The notes under the pieces: generated by a model | Told to the model about the DNA's origin: nothing | The model's database searches: none | The model's input: the letters and a program-made list of their open reading frames with translations, nothing else | Position numbers and translations under genes: made by a program | Source: Malacoraja senta | Lineage: Eukaryota | Length of the DNA stretch: 62,000 nt | NCBI GenBank assembly: GCA_038087875.1 | Contig: CM075998.1 | Location: forward strand, 124,001-186,000 | Reading direction: 5' to 3' | In this document: positions 60,133 through 62,000 of the stretch, piece after piece | Numbering within the stretch: position 1 is the stretch's first letter | Layout: each line of letters opens with the position of its first letter

Positions 60133-61495
60133 AATGTAAAGTCCAAAAGTTCATATTTTAGGACACTCATGACCGTATAATATTAAAATCATTTCAGAAT
60201 CCAGAATATTTGTAAAGCCTCGAATTGGTCGCCCCCTGATTTCACTTTACCTCGGCAAAATGGAGGGACAATTAGTTGTTTAGCCTAAGTGCATATTTTA
60301 TGTGGTGATTTCAACTAAGAGGGCTAATCCATAAAGGTTCAATTGAAAAAGTAAAATGGAACAAATGAGAATAACAAAATTTAGATTATTGAAATTTCTG
60401 ATGCACCCTTTCAATTGGGAAGTTAGATAGACTGAACTTGTTCCCTTTAGAGCAGCAAAGGTAAAAAAAAAAAACACTATGTACACCAAGTGTTGGAGTA
60501 ACTCAGCAGGTCAGGCAGCATCTCTGGAGAACACGGACAAGTGGCGTTTAGGGCTTGGACTCTTCTTCAGACGGAAGACATTCCGACTGATTCAAAAGGG
60601 ATTTGATGGGTGCTCCAAATAATCGAGGGTTAAGACAATGCAAATGACTTTCCTTTAGTGGAAGCGTTGAGTGTGGCAGGGTACAGATTTGGTGATTGGC
60701 TGAAGGCGATGTGGAAGAATGTTTTCATAGCTGAGTAATGGTGATCTAGAATTGGCTACTTGGTTGGGTGGTGGAAGCAGATTCAACTGTCGTCTGAGAG
60801 GGGAATTGGGTGAGTACATGGAAGGGAACATTTGCAGTGCTCGGGGAGAAGAGGGGTCACTGGTGTTCACCTGCTGAGTGGGCCAGATGATGGCAGCCAG
60901 TGTTGTAACAGTTCTATGAATCTTCAAAAAGAAATGGCAATGAATAACTTTACCTCTGCGCGCAAAATGGCGGCTGCATTTCTTCCCCTGCAAGAGGCTG
61001 CATTTCTTCCCCTGCAAGCTATGAAAATGTGCTTCATTGGCTGTAGAAGTTGTGAATGGCGCTATATAAATGCAAATTTGTTCGTTCTTCTTTCACATTC
61101 TCCCTCTTTTATAAAATGCTCAGTTTCATTTTTATTTAGAAAAAGTTTGCTAGAAATATTTGTGATCAAATCTAGTGACTGCAGGAACAATGTTCCTTTT
61201 TGCCCAGACAGTTCTGTGGCACTTAAACCCTTCAACAGCAGATCTTTGCATGCCTAATAAATGCTCAATGCCAGTAATTTGAAGACTGTGGGCTTTCCAG
61301 TTTGATTTGTCGCTCATTCCTACTTGTTTATATCCCAGATATTTAAATAATGCAACCCTCCTATGTGTGAGGATAAGGTGCAAGGAGGAAAGGAAACCTG
61401 TCTGCTATTTATCTGACGCAGGGCTTTAGTAGTTTTATGCCTTTTTGTTTGCTTGTTTTGTTACTAAAACGTGAATGGTATCTTCTGTGTTGTAG

Positions 61496-61850
61496 GTGGG
61501 TCAATTCATTGCAACCTGCTAGAGTAACCAGATGGGGTGGCATGATCTCCACCCCTGATGCAGTCCTGCAAGCAGTCATTAAGCGGTCTCTCATTGACAG
61601 CGGATGCCCAATGTCTATAGTCAATGACCTCATCGAGAACGCTCACGAGAGGAACTGGCCTCAGGGCCTGGCCACACTAGAGACTCGCCAAATGAACCGC
61701 AGGTTCTACGAGAACTATGTGGCTAAACGGATCCCTGGGAAGCAAGCTGTGGTGGTGATGGCCTGTGAGAACCAGCATATGGGAGAGGACATGATCATGG
61801 AGCCTGGTCTGGTGATGATTTTCGCTCATGGAGTGGAGGAAATCTTTTAA
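61496..61850 (+). CDS. RNF41: RNF41 last coding exon (USP8-interacting domain)
   Basis: WVNSLQPARVTRWGGMISTPDAVLQ...EPGLVMIFAHGVEEIF*, TGTAG acceptor; total CDS 957 bp = 318 aa. Confidence 0.97.
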
Positions 61851-62000
61851 CACTTTTTTTTTTTTTTCCCTCCTTCTGAATTGAAGTTTGTAACATGAGA
61901 AGAATGCAAGACTTGCCCTCCAGAATATCTTTGGGGAGCAGACTTCGACATGAACAAAGGCTTAATGCCAAATTGCATTATGGATTGTTTGACCACCACC

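Overview
Repeat-rich vertebrate genomic DNA, most likely a cartilaginous fish such as a skate or ray (inferred from HE1/V-SINE-type SINEs and dense CR1-type LINEs). I reconstructed three spliced genes by hand using GT-AG sites and exon phases: the 5' coding part of SLC39A5/ZIP5 (minus strand, 3 exons, continues off the left edge), complete NABP2/SSB1 (minus, 6 coding exons, 212 aa) and complete RNF41/Nrdp1 (plus, 5 coding exons, 318 aa). This is the RNF41-NABP2-SLC39A5 block known from human 12q13, with RNF41 and NABP2 divergent. Introns and intergenic DNA hold CR1, Rex1/L2-like and L1/Tx1 fragments, tRNA-derived SINEs, hAT/Harbinger/Tc1-type MITEs, two minisatellites and a 200-N gap. The most interesting system is three Penelope-like (RT + GIY-YIG) elements whose 3' ends carry a minimal hammerhead-ribozyme-like motif (CUGAAGA-N-stem II-GAAACGUH). 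Around 20 short non-autonomous copies of that module occur in two sequence families, as single, fold-back and tandem forms, several with their own 10-16 bp target-site duplications. Ribozyme activity is inferred from motif only. Repeat boundaries were read by eye and are approximate unless TSDs or TIRs are quoted.
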